Assembly: GCA_964395115.1 (NCBI GenBank)
Contig: CAYMZX010000006.1
Coordinates: 26,041 to 90,040, forward strand
Length of the DNA: 64,000 nucleotides
Direction: 5' to 3'
DNA from: an uncultured Gammaproteobacteria bacterium
GTDB taxonomy: Bacteria > Patescibacteriota > Microgenomatia > UBA8517
Shown: in pieces, positions 45,898 to 54,831 of the stretch
Numbering within the stretch: the first letter of the stretch is position 1
How the letters are laid out: each line of letters begins with the position of its first letter
Translations under genes and position numbers: made by a program
The notes under the pieces: model-generated
Told to the model about the DNA's origin: nothing
Database searches by the model: none
What the model saw: only the letters and a program-made list of their open reading frames with translations

Positions 45898-46419
45898 ATG
45901 AAATCTTCTGAGGTAATCAGTATTTACAAAATGCTAAAAGACAATGAAATTGATGTTTGGCTGGACGGCGGCTGGGGAGTCGATGCCCTTTTGGGTCATC
46001 AAACCCGTGAGCACAAAGATATTGATATCGTAATTCAACAAAAAGATGTATTAAAACTAAGGAAAATACTAGAAGAGGAAGGACTCAAGGAAGTAAAAAG
46101 AGTCGATACAAGTGATTGGAATTTCGTTTTGGGGAAAGCTAATCTTCTACTTGATGTCCACGTAGTAACTTTTGACGAGAAAGGAAACGGTATTTATGGG
46201 CCAAGAAAAAGGGGCATTTTCTATCCTGCATATTCTTTTAAAAGAACAGGAAAGATTGAAGGTTTTCCGGTCAAATGTTTGACTGCAGATTACCAAGTGG
46301 AATCTCACAGAGGATATGAAATTGACGAAAATGACATCAATGATGTTTTTGCTTTGTGTAAGAAATTTGGTATCGCGCTTCCAAAAGAGTACATCAAATA
46401 CAAAACCGGAAAAAAGTAG
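45898..46419 (+). CDS. Nucleotidyltransferase of the ANT(2'')/aminoglycoside-2''-adenylyltransferase-like family
   Basis: WLDGGWGVDALLGHQTREHKDIDI pol-beta-type NTase motif (G-G...D.D), ~173 aa. Confidence 0.5.
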   Translation: MKSSEVISIYKMLKDNEIDVWLDGGWGVDALLGHQTREHKDIDIVIQQKDVLKLRKILEEEGLKEVKRVDTSDWNFVLGKANLLLDVHVVTFDEKGNGIYGPRKRGIFYPAYSFKRTGKIEGFPVKCLTADYQVESHRGYEIDENDINDVFALCKKFGIALPKEYIKYKTGKK

Positions 46420-46471
46420 CTATAAGATTCACACTGTAAATTTATTACTTTAACTGATATAAGCTTTTAGA

Positions 46472-46975
46472 ATGGGAGATTTTAGTAAATATACAGATTA
46501 TAAAACCGTGCTTTCGGTGAATGCTCTTATTTGGTGTAAGGATAAAATCCTGATGCTAAAAAGAGCCGATACTAAAAAGGTCGATCCGGGGTTATATGCT
46601 GGTATTGGTGGAAAAGTAGAACCTCATGAGAGTTTTTATGACGCTTTAATTAGAGAAATTAAAGAGGAAACTGGACTTAATAAATTTGAGATTATAAGAC
46701 CTTACTCTATAACCCAACATCCATATCCTCCAACAGATTCGGAGTGGGTAAATGTCTACTTTATTATACATATTACCAAACAGGTAAAAATAGAGCCAAC
46801 AGAAGACGGAACTTTTCACTGGATTGACCCAAAAGACGTCGATAAATTACCGATGCCTACAGATTTAAAAGAGTATATTAAGATTCTTTCAGAAAACCCC
46901 AAAGCGTTTATTTTTGGTTTTTTTGACCATGACAAAGAGGGAAAACTGATAAGTAAAACAATTAAGGTTATATAA
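46472..46975 (+). CDS. NUDIX hydrolase
   Basis: Nudix box GIGGKVEPHESFYDALIREIKEETGL. Confidence 0.75.
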   Translation: MGDFSKYTDYKTVLSVNALIWCKDKILMLKRADTKKVDPGLYAGIGGKVEPHESFYDALIREIKEETGLNKFEIIRPYSITQHPYPPTDSEWVNVYFIIHITKQVKIEPTEDGTFHWIDPKDVDKLPMPTDLKEYIKILSENPKAFIFGFFDHDKEGKLISKTIKVI

Positions 46976-47097
46976 AAAAAATTTTTTTTGTTTTGGGAAT
47001 TTATCAGTTAATTATCTTGTACTCATAATATTGTTCTTGAGATAAGGTTTCTTACAACCGGTCTTATCAGGGAGTTCTTATCCTCTATAATTGAGGT

Positions 47098-47460
47098 ATG
47101 ACAAAACAAATTCTTGTCATTGGCGGAGGAACATCTTTTGTGTCTCATAAAAGTTATTTGGATTTCCTAAAAACAAGAAAGCTTACTTTGGATAATTTAA
47201 AAGTATCATTCTGATTGGTCACTCTCTTGGGGGAATATTTCTTGCAAAATATCTATCTGAAAATATTTTTCCCAAAAAGTTAAAGGCAACGATACTAGTT
47301 GCGGCACCCTACACCTCGAATAAAGATCTTGTGGATTTTAAGTTTAAAGAAGTATAAGAAAAGACTGCCTTTTGCCAAGACATTAACTTTTGAAGATCGT
47401 GGTCACTTTAACAAAGAATCATTCCCTGAAATTATCAAATTAATTAAGTCCATCAAATAA
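47098..47460 (+). pseudogene. Degraded alpha/beta-hydrolase (serine esterase) gene in three short frames
   Basis: MTKQILVIGGGTSF..., then after a stop GHSLGG (nucleophile elbow GxSxG), then FEDRGHF (catalytic His region). The middle of the protein is missing. Confidence 0.5.
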
Positions 47461-47482
47461 CACACCCCAGGAGTGGGTAATA
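47459..47482 (+). repeat. 24-nt direct repeat, right copy
   Basis: Matches 44657-44680 with 2 mismatches. Confidence 0.7.
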
Positions 47483-47527
47483 AACGAAAAACAAAGTATT
47501 TATAAATCACTTTAAGAATAAATTTAT

Positions 47528-48049
47528 TTAAGGAGTGTAGCGGAAGGATTGGACTATCTTCTCAAGATCATCATAAAGTTCTTTTGAGTCGGTGGAAAAA
47601 ACATATACCCAATCATCAACATAAATATAAAAAAGCTTAGCATAAATCTTACCCCTCAATTCCACTCGCGAGATAGCCGGAAAGCTATTTATTTTTAAGT
47701 CTCTCATCTCCGAAATATCTTTTATTTCATTTTTCTCATCAAAATTTATAAGAAAATGTTTCAAATCTCCATCCCCACTTGCATCATTCCTACCAAAATC
47801 AATAGTACCACCCTTTCCATGAAACTCTATATAGGATAATCCTTCTTTTACTTCAAATTCATGGGGCAAGTTAACAATAAAATCAAAGTTTTTTGATTGA
47901 AAAGTTTTCAACTGGGATTTTGTTGGAGTAGGGCTTTGAAACGACGAAGTTTCTTTATTATTCTTTTGAAAACCAGATAAATAAATAACCACGACAAAGA
48001 CAGCGACTAAACCAAGGATTAATACTAACAATAACTTTTTATTTTTCAT
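47528..48049 (-). CDS. Hypothetical membrane-anchored/secreted protein
   Basis: N-terminal TM/signal. Its stop adjoins the start of the downstream M23 gene. Confidence 0.3.
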   Translation of the reverse strand: MKNKKLLLVLILGLVAVFVVVIYLSGFQKNNKETSSFQSPTPTKSQLKTFQSKNFDFIVNLPHEFEVKEGLSYIEFHGKGGTIDFGRNDASGDGDLKHFLINFDEKNEIKDISEMRDLKINSFPAISRVELRGKIYAKLFYIYVDDWVYVFSTDSKELYDDLEKIVQSFRYTP

Positions 48050-50811
48050 TCGTATCCAAATTCCAGATTAGCATTATTTGTCCTTACATACAATAAAACC
48101 AACCCTTGTTTGGCTTCCTTTTGTATCTTCTCGCCTTTATCTTTTTTGTAGATTCTGCTTTCATCGTTTTTGGCGTTGTAGATTATTGAAAGAAGTGTTT
48201 CTCCTTTATCATACCAGCTTTGAATTACCTCATTAAATTCTCCCGACTTTCTATCTAAACTAAAACCCGCAAAGTAAAAATTTCTATCAAATGCAAAGAC
48301 CTCACCATCGTTATACCTTATTGTTTCTATTGAGTAAGTATCAAGTTTTTCGAATTTTCTAAATCTTCCTTCAAGTTCTAGTGTGTTTCCTGATTTATCC
48401 TTAATTATTATCTTATCTAACTTAGAAGCATCTACCTTATCTTCAAAATTTACTTCAGTTTCATTTTCGTCAATACCAACCACCACCACATCTTTTTGGT
48501 TAGGACTAAATTCTATCTTAGCTTCGGGAGGAGTTTTATCTATGTGAAAGGTGATAGTTTTAATCTCTTCAATATTTTCAGCATTATCAACTGAATAAAA
48601 CTCAACTTTGTGTTCCCCCTCGCTAGAAATAATGAAAGGCTCGGTATACTCTTTAAAGTAAGTATCATCAATATTTACACCGGTGTAATAAACTCCTAAG
48701 CCGTCCTCATTATCCTGCGGATCAAGAGTTATTTTTACATCGGATCTAAACCAGTTTTCTTCCCCCTCATCTCCTTCCAATATTATCTGGGTCTGGGGAG
48801 GAATTGTATCTATCTTCTCACCTGCCAAAATAAAGTAGCTGGTGTGATTTAGGCTTGCTGTTGCTAGTTTATTCCCAAAATCAACGCTTGTTTCTTCTTT
48901 TTGCCAGTTTATACCGTCCTCACTTGAATAAATAGAAATCGAACTCAAAAGATATTTGGAAATATCAAAATTGCTAAAATCAACGCTCAAAATAAAGTTT
49001 TGAAAAAAGCTGGTAATAGGGTTTCCTGTTGAATCAATTAACTTTAGTAAAAGTACAGGTCCTATTGATTCCAAAAAATCTGAAATTCTGACAATAGGTG
49101 AATAATTCATACTCACGGTAAGTGGTTCTTCTGAAAAGCCTTGGGGAAAATCAACCTGGAAATTCTCAAGCCTAAAATAACCTGCGTTTGAAGTAAGTTT
49201 TTCCGATAAATTAGGAATGGGCTTTGTCCAAAGATAATAACTTTTGTTTCCTGTTCTTTGTACCCCTTTGTATTCAAAAGAGTAGTCTGGCCAGGGATCC
49301 ACCTCTTGACTTTGCCAGCCAAATGGATCTGTCATACCATCCGGTCTATTATCGTCAAAATCTCCATCTCCATCCTTATCCTGAATAACCGAGAAATGAA
49401 TATGCGGAGCGCTTGATTTCCCGGTTGAACCAACCCTGCCAATCATTTCCCCCTGATTTACAAATCTTGAGGTCGCAAAACTTTGCGAAACCGGGTCATT
49501 ATCCTGAAGATGGTAGTATCTTGTTTGATATCCATTTTGGTGGTCAATAACAATTACATTTCCACAGGCAGAAGAACCACAAGCGGCATTATTTTTACCG
49601 GCGGGGTAAAAAGTCGCAATTCCAGAAGCTGCGGCTAAAACAGGATCACCTTCAAATACTTTTGCTTTCTTAAGCCAATCATAACCATCATGACCAGAAT
49701 AACTTATTGTTAAATCTCGAAATCTTCCTTCATAATTTGTAACAGAATTTTTAGCCTCTTCTGGTTCCCTCAATACACTTCCCACATCGGAAAATGGATA
49801 CTCATGGTCAAAATACGAGCCAATTGCCAGAGCAGCCTGAGAAAAAGTCAGGCCCTTTCCCTTATAATCCCAAGGTAAATCTAAAAACGGGGCAGGAGGA
49901 GAATCTCCACTTTCTTTACAAGCCAGAGAGAATAAATTCAGAAAATATTTTTCTTTTTCCGGCGAATAATCTGTATAAAGATAAAGAGGTTCTCCAGAAA
50001 CTGAAAGATAACCCTGTCCAAATCTACCTTCAGCAAGAATAGTCCTATTGTTATTTCCACTATTTTCAGAGAGTGTAAAGGCTCCCTCTGAACCCAATGA
50101 CAGACCAATAAAACAAAGCTCATCAAAACCAGTAGCAACACTTTTTAAGCTTGATGTGTTTATGGGGTTGAATACAAAGTGATCCAAAGGTCCAACTCTC
50201 CCAAAAGGACCATTTGTAATATTTGTCTCAATAGGATTAGATGTCGTACCGCAGAGATAAAAATCTATTACCTCTCCCTCTGGGAAACCATCGGCTATAC
50301 CCAATACTTCAAAAAGCTTGTTGTAATACCAGCCATCGTATCCCTGATAACCTGATCTTAAAGAGTCGGAATATCCACCTGAAGATATATAAACGACTCC
50401 ACCAGCTCGAATAAAATTTGCCAGTTCCCACGCCTCATTGTTTGTTAGTTCAGAATCAGTCAAACCCGCAAAAAACACATCTGCCGTTCTTTTTCCTGCC
50501 TGTACTAAACTTCCGGGTACTATTTGATCAACAAAGGGTTTAAACTCAATTGGGCAGCTAACAGTTCCATTTGGGCCAAATTTATTAACGTCCAGTAAAG
50601 ATTGTCTAAGGTGTTCGTTTGGGTCATTCTCAAAATAGTAGTTTGGTGAAAAACCAACAAGCGGAGCCGGATTTCTCGGAGAAGAAAAACCAGACACTTT
50701 AATTGTATCTACTGCTTTAGCTTCGGACTCTGGAAGAATAAAAAAAATTAAAAATGGAGAAAGCAAAATTATTAAAAATTTAAATAGAAATTTTTTTATT
50801 ATCATCTTCAC
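48046..50811 (-). CDS. Large secreted multidomain protein with a peptidase M23 (LytM) domain and a C-terminal Ig-like/chitobiase-type domain
   Basis: Signal peptide, and M23 motifs YHLQ...GSTGKSSAPHIHFSV (HxH). Confidence 0.7.
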   Translation of the reverse strand: MKMIIKKFLFKFLIILLSPFLIFFILPESEAKAVDTIKVSGFSSPRNPAPLVGFSPNYYFENDPNEHLRQSLLDVNKFGPNGTVSCPIEFKPFVDQIVPGSLVQAGKRTADVFFAGLTDSELTNNEAWELANFIRAGGVVYISSGGYSDSLRSGYQGYDGWYYNKLFEVLGIADGFPEGEVIDFYLCGTTSNPIETNITNGPFGRVGPLDHFVFNPINTSSLKSVATGFDELCFIGLSLGSEGAFTLSENSGNNNRTILAEGRFGQGYLSVSGEPLYLYTDYSPEKEKYFLNLFSLACKESGDSPPAPFLDLPWDYKGKGLTFSQAALAIGSYFDHEYPFSDVGSVLREPEEAKNSVTNYEGRFRDLTISYSGHDGYDWLKKAKVFEGDPVLAAASGIATFYPAGKNNAACGSSACGNVIVIDHQNGYQTRYYHLQDNDPVSQSFATSRFVNQGEMIGRVGSTGKSSAPHIHFSVIQDKDGDGDFDDNRPDGMTDPFGWQSQEVDPWPDYSFEYKGVQRTGNKSYYLWTKPIPNLSEKLTSNAGYFRLENFQVDFPQGFSEEPLTVSMNYSPIVRISDFLESIGPVLLLKLIDSTGNPITSFFQNFILSVDFSNFDISKYLLSSISIYSSEDGINWQKEETSVDFGNKLATASLNHTSYFILAGEKIDTIPPQTQIILEGDEGEENWFRSDVKITLDPQDNEDGLGVYYTGVNIDDTYFKEYTEPFIISSEGEHKVEFYSVDNAENIEEIKTITFHIDKTPPEAKIEFSPNQKDVVVVGIDENETEVNFEDKVDASKLDKIIIKDKSGNTLELEGRFRKFEKLDTYSIETIRYNDGEVFAFDRNFYFAGFSLDRKSGEFNEVIQSWYDKGETLLSIIYNAKNDESRIYKKDKGEKIQKEAKQGLVLLYVRTNNANLEFGYE

Positions 50812-50975
50812 ATAATTTATTTTTAATAAGGACTACATATTTTTAGAATATTTGAGAAATTTTAAAATTTGCAAGAGGTAAAATTAACAAGAAGTAAAAC
50901 TCCAAACCAAGTCAAGTACCTTCCTATCGAATTTTATACTTCACCTTCAGCCACAGTTATGAGAACATATTTAAT

Positions 50976-51641
50976 ATGAGGCTTTTTACATTAGCTTTTG
51001 TACTTTTTCTGGTTTCTTTTGGCCTCGGCTTGGTAATCTTTTCCAAAAATCCAAGCTGTGCCAACACAATTTCCTGTAAAGAAAATCCCAGAGTTAAAAT
51101 CGAAAACAACACAATAGGTATATTCATGGGACGAGAAGTCCCAGTCCCAACAATCGACACGCTAGCCGATACCGCAACACCCAATATCTTGGGGGTCGAT
51201 GCCGCCGAAGGAGAAAAGCATATTTATGTTGACCTTGCCACCCAAACTCTCTATGCCTACCAAGGAAATACCCTTGTTATGAAAACTCCTATCTCCTCGG
51301 GCAGATGGGGTAGAACCCCAGTTGGAAACTTTAATATCTGGATAAAACTTCGCGCCACACGCATGTCCGGGGGAAGTGGAGCTGATTACTACAATCTCCC
51401 CAATGTCCCATGGGTAATGTACTTTTACCGTGATTTTGGTTTGCATGGAGCCTATTGGCATAATAATTTCGGCTACACCATGAGCCACGGATGTGTAAAT
51501 ATGCGTCCTATCGATGCCCGAGATTTATTCGCATGGGCAGATGGACCCGAGAAAGGGAAAAAAGGAACACCCGTTTCAATTTGTGATAGCTTCATTGAAC
51601 CAAATACTTGTATTCAGAAAAACCCCGTAAAAATAAAATGA
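50976..51641 (+). CDS. L,D-transpeptidase (YkuD), paralog of 41317-41979
   Basis: SHGCVNMRP, plus the shared WIKLRATRMSGG...YYNLPNVPWVMYF block. Confidence 0.75.
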   Translation: MRLFTLAFVLFLVSFGLGLVIFSKNPSCANTISCKENPRVKIENNTIGIFMGREVPVPTIDTLADTATPNILGVDAAEGEKHIYVDLATQTLYAYQGNTLVMKTPISSGRWGRTPVGNFNIWIKLRATRMSGGSGADYYNLPNVPWVMYFYRDFGLHGAYWHNNFGYTMSHGCVNMRPIDARDLFAWADGPEKGKKGTPVSICDSFIEPNTCIQKNPVKIK

Positions 51642-52255
51642 AAATACAAAATCTCATCATAATTTTGGCTTTTTTGGCTTTAGTCGTTGCCGGTCTAACC
51701 GCTAGCTACATGGTTGTAAAAAACATAGAGGGCCAAGAAACCCAATCTTCAGCTACACCACACGTTACCCAAGTTCAAAGCATTCCCCCCAATATTGAAA
51801 CATCCTCCCAAATATCCCCCGATGGAACAAAATTGCTTTCAATGCAAATAACCCTCAATGCCAATAAGACCAAAACCATAGAATTTACAACAACAGATGA
51901 GGACAACTCAAATCGCAAAAAAATTTATACAGCATTTGCAAAAGAAAATGAAACCTATACTCTTCCCTTCAATGCATGGTCACCAGACAATAAATACGTC
52001 TTTATCTTCAAAAACGGTCAAGAAGCTTTGGTTTTCATGGCAGACGGCGAACCTATTCTTGAAGACAAATTATATCTTGATATCCCAAAGATATTTGCAG
52101 AAAAAATCAAAGAATATTTTTATAAAGAAACGACCGGTTGGGCATCTAATAACTTACTGATAGTCAACACAGTCAAGCAAGACAGTTCTAAAGGACCATC
52201 TTTCTGGTTCGAAGTCCCCTCAAAAGCCATAATCCAATTATCGTCGCAATTTTAA
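51608..52255 (+). CDS. Hypothetical secreted protein
   Basis: N-terminal TM/signal. No motif. Confidence 0.3.
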   Translation: MYSEKPRKNKMKIQNLIIILAFLALVVAGLTASYMVVKNIEGQETQSSATPHVTQVQSIPPNIETSSQISPDGTKLLSMQITLNANKTKTIEFTTTDEDNSNRKKIYTAFAKENETYTLPFNAWSPDNKYVFIFKNGQEALVFMADGEPILEDKLYLDIPKIFAEKIKEYFYKETTGWASNNLLIVNTVKQDSSKGPSFWFEVPSKAIIQLSSQF

Positions 52256-52347
52256 ATCAGTTTGCGGTAAATTTGGTACGTTTTTAAAACCAAATTCAAC
52301 TATTAAATGATACGGTTATGAATAAGGATTTGAGAAACTTAAACTAT

Positions 52348-53250
52348 TCAAATCTCAATATTCAGAAATTTTCTCACAATAAAACCAATTCCAAAAGTTA
52401 AAGCAGAAACACCCAAACTAATGCTTGCCATTTCTAAAAAGCGCCTTTTAAACGGCAGATCTTGCGCTACTGAAATATAGAAAGTAAAAAGAAGAATAAT
52501 AAAAATTGCAATTGCAAGTGTCAAACCCAAAGCAAGATAGACGTTAGCCGAAAGATAAAAAGGAATTACAAGAAAAAGAACAGTTACAATATACATTCCT
52601 GCTGTGTACAAAGATGCTTTTAACGGATTTTTACTTTGCATTTCAGCCTTGGTTGATAAATATTCAGAAGCCCCCATAGAAAGCGATGCGGCAATACCGG
52701 TTATAAGACCAATGACAGCGATAAGACGGGCGTTTTGCAAGGCCAAAGTTAAACCAGCTAGAGCGCCTGTCAATTCCACCAAGGCGTCATTAACTCCCAA
52801 AACCATAGAACCCACATATTTTAGCTTTTCCTCGTCCAAAAGCCCCAAAAGTCTTTTTTCGTGTTCATCCTCTTCTTTTTTAATTTTTTCTGCCTCGGGA
52901 ATTTCTTTTGAGATTTCCTGATAATTCACCTGAGCTGCCTCTTCACCCTTTTCCATAAGTTTTACTGAAAACGTAAAACCTAAAAGTCTTGCAACCAAGG
53001 AATGGAAAAAAACCTTAAAAGGTCTGGGTTTTATATCCTCTTTTGTGAAGTTTTGCCAAAACAAAGCGTGTCTTTTCTCATCCGCTGCAATATGCTTTAG
53101 TACTTCTTTATTCTTTTTTTCTTTTGTTCTTTCGGCAAGTTTGGAATAAACAAAATACTCAGTAATTTCTGTTTCTTGGGCCCGTTTAAGCTGTTCCATT
53201 ATTCGCCGGCCCAACTTTATTCTGTGCCTTCTTCTTAATCTTTCTCTCAT
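52348..53250 (-). CDS. Ferritin-like (rubrerythrin/ER-type) domain fused to a VIT1/CCC1 iron transporter domain (MbfA-like)
   Basis: N-terminal EExxH-type diiron motifs (ADEKRHA, EDEHEKR), and a C-terminal VIT family region with TM helices. Confidence 0.6.
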   Translation of the reverse strand: MRERLRRRHRIKLGRRIMEQLKRAQETEITEYFVYSKLAERTKEKKNKEVLKHIAADEKRHALFWQNFTKEDIKPRPFKVFFHSLVARLLGFTFSVKLMEKGEEAAQVNYQEISKEIPEAEKIKKEEDEHEKRLLGLLDEEKLKYVGSMVLGVNDALVELTGALAGLTLALQNARLIAVIGLITGIAASLSMGASEYLSTKAEMQSKNPLKASLYTAGMYIVTVLFLVIPFYLSANVYLALGLTLAIAIFIILLFTFYISVAQDLPFKRRFLEMASISLGVSALTFGIGFIVRKFLNIEI

Positions 53251-53280
53251 TTGAGTTAATTTACTACTTTTTTATACTAT

Positions 53281-54087
53281 TTACCCAAACTTTTCAGTAA
53301 TTAATTTGTAAATCCTGTGACCCCTTGGAGAGGTTTCTAAAAAACTTTTATCTATTTTCTTTTTTGAGATAATTTTCCTTGCCTCATTTTTAGTCACTTT
53401 TTTTGAATGAACTAAATTCTCGTACTTTATGATTCCTTCCATTAATGAATTTTTAACTAGTTGGCTCTCGTGCTGATACATATACTGCCTTAAAAATAAT
53501 TCTAAATCTTTGGTCTCTAAAGGGTTGGGAAGTTTAACCAAATCAATTACAACTGAGTTTGATTTTGGTATCGGATAAAATTTTTCCTTTGGGATATGCA
53601 TTTTGATTTTTGCTTTAAAAAATGAACTAAAAACCCCATGTTCTTCAATCTTTCTGATAAATTTAAGTGGGACCAAAAGAATTACCTTTTGGTAGTCTAA
53701 AAAGGTGAGATTATGAAGAAACTGTTCAATAAATGAGTAAGGAGGATTTGAAATAATCTTATTATATTCTCTTTTTTGTCTGAACTTACCGTGAAGCTGA
53801 ATATACTTCCAAGCGTTTTCCCAGTGAATTTCAACATTTTTCGGAAGTCTTTGTAAAAAAGGCCTAAATCTTTTGTCTATTTCAAAGGCAATAACCCTAC
53901 CAGCCTTTTTGGCAATCTCAGCTGTCAAACCTCCAGCTCCTGCTCCTATTTCCAAAACCACATCATTTTGGTTTAAATTCGCAAAGCCGACAACCCTTCT
54001 AATAATTTTTTCATCCGTCAAAAAAAATTGATCCCTGAAAGCATCTTGCACGATTTTATACTTTGCCAGCTCTTTCTGAATATCCAT
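53281..54087 (-). CDS. rRNA adenine N6-dimethyltransferase family (KsgA/RsmA or Erm-like)
   Basis: Motif I VLEIGAGAGGLT and the NPPY catalytic motif (ISNPPYS). The internal Met was chosen as the start. Confidence 0.7.
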   Translation of the reverse strand: MDIQKELAKYKIVQDAFRDQFFLTDEKIIRRVVGFANLNQNDVVLEIGAGAGGLTAEIAKKAGRVIAFEIDKRFRPFLQRLPKNVEIHWENAWKYIQLHGKFRQKREYNKIISNPPYSFIEQFLHNLTFLDYQKVILLVPLKFIRKIEEHGVFSSFFKAKIKMHIPKEKFYPIPKSNSVVIDLVKLPNPLETKDLELFLRQYMYQHESQLVKNSLMEGIIKYENLVHSKKVTKNEARKIISKKKIDKSFLETSPRGHRIYKLITEKFG

Positions 54088-54188
54088 ATTCGTATTATAA
54101 TTGAAAATGCGAAGAAAAGATTCCAATAATTTGGACAAAATATCAACAATCCTATTATTATTGTAGGGATGATGGATAATAAAATAAT

Positions 54189-54713
54189 ATGAAAGAAAGG
54201 CCTTACCAAGAGCAAATCTATCAAAGCAATTTAAAAAGGGCAAGAAAGGAAGCAGTCGCTTCGCTGATACTTGGATTTGGTATTTTGGTAGGAGAAACAA
54301 TTCAGGGTATTAACCCATCTGACTACAAAGCCTTCGCAGAAAACCTCTCAAATCTAGCCAGTCAATTGGGAATTACACTAGACCCTTATTTTTTTAGGAA
54401 TCAATTATCTGGATTTTTTACGGCTCCTTTCTATCCATGTGCTGCTTCAGCTGTAATACATATTTCATCAATTTATAAACCTTGGGAAGATAAAAAACCT
54501 CTGGAAAGAAACCCAAGAAAAATACTAATACCGGCTTTTGCCTTAACATTAACACTTTTTGAAGCTGCTCAGGCAGCTACCCAAAATACGTCACTTGATA
54601 TCCATGACCTTGCAGCTTACGCGGGAGGCATAATCACTCTTTTAGTAGGTGAAAGAATTTGGGACTTTTATCGAAATTTTAATAAGCAACTAGGTGGCGA
54701 AGATTTAGGTTAA
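54189..54713 (+). CDS. Hypothetical protein
   Basis: ORF only. Confidence 0.25.
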   Translation: MKERPYQEQIYQSNLKRARKEAVASLILGFGILVGETIQGINPSDYKAFAENLSNLASQLGITLDPYFFRNQLSGFFTAPFYPCAASAVIHISSIYKPWEDKKPLERNPRKILIPAFALTLTLFEAAQAATQNTSLDIHDLAAYAGGIITLLVGERIWDFYRNFNKQLGGEDLG

Positions 54714-54831
54714 CCCATATTATTTAGTTTCTCCAGAATAATCTTTTCTGTTTTGCAAATAGCCAAAATTACACACACTAAGAATAAATATTCAAAAATG
54801 AGAAATATGTTACACTGGTAAAAAAATTAAT

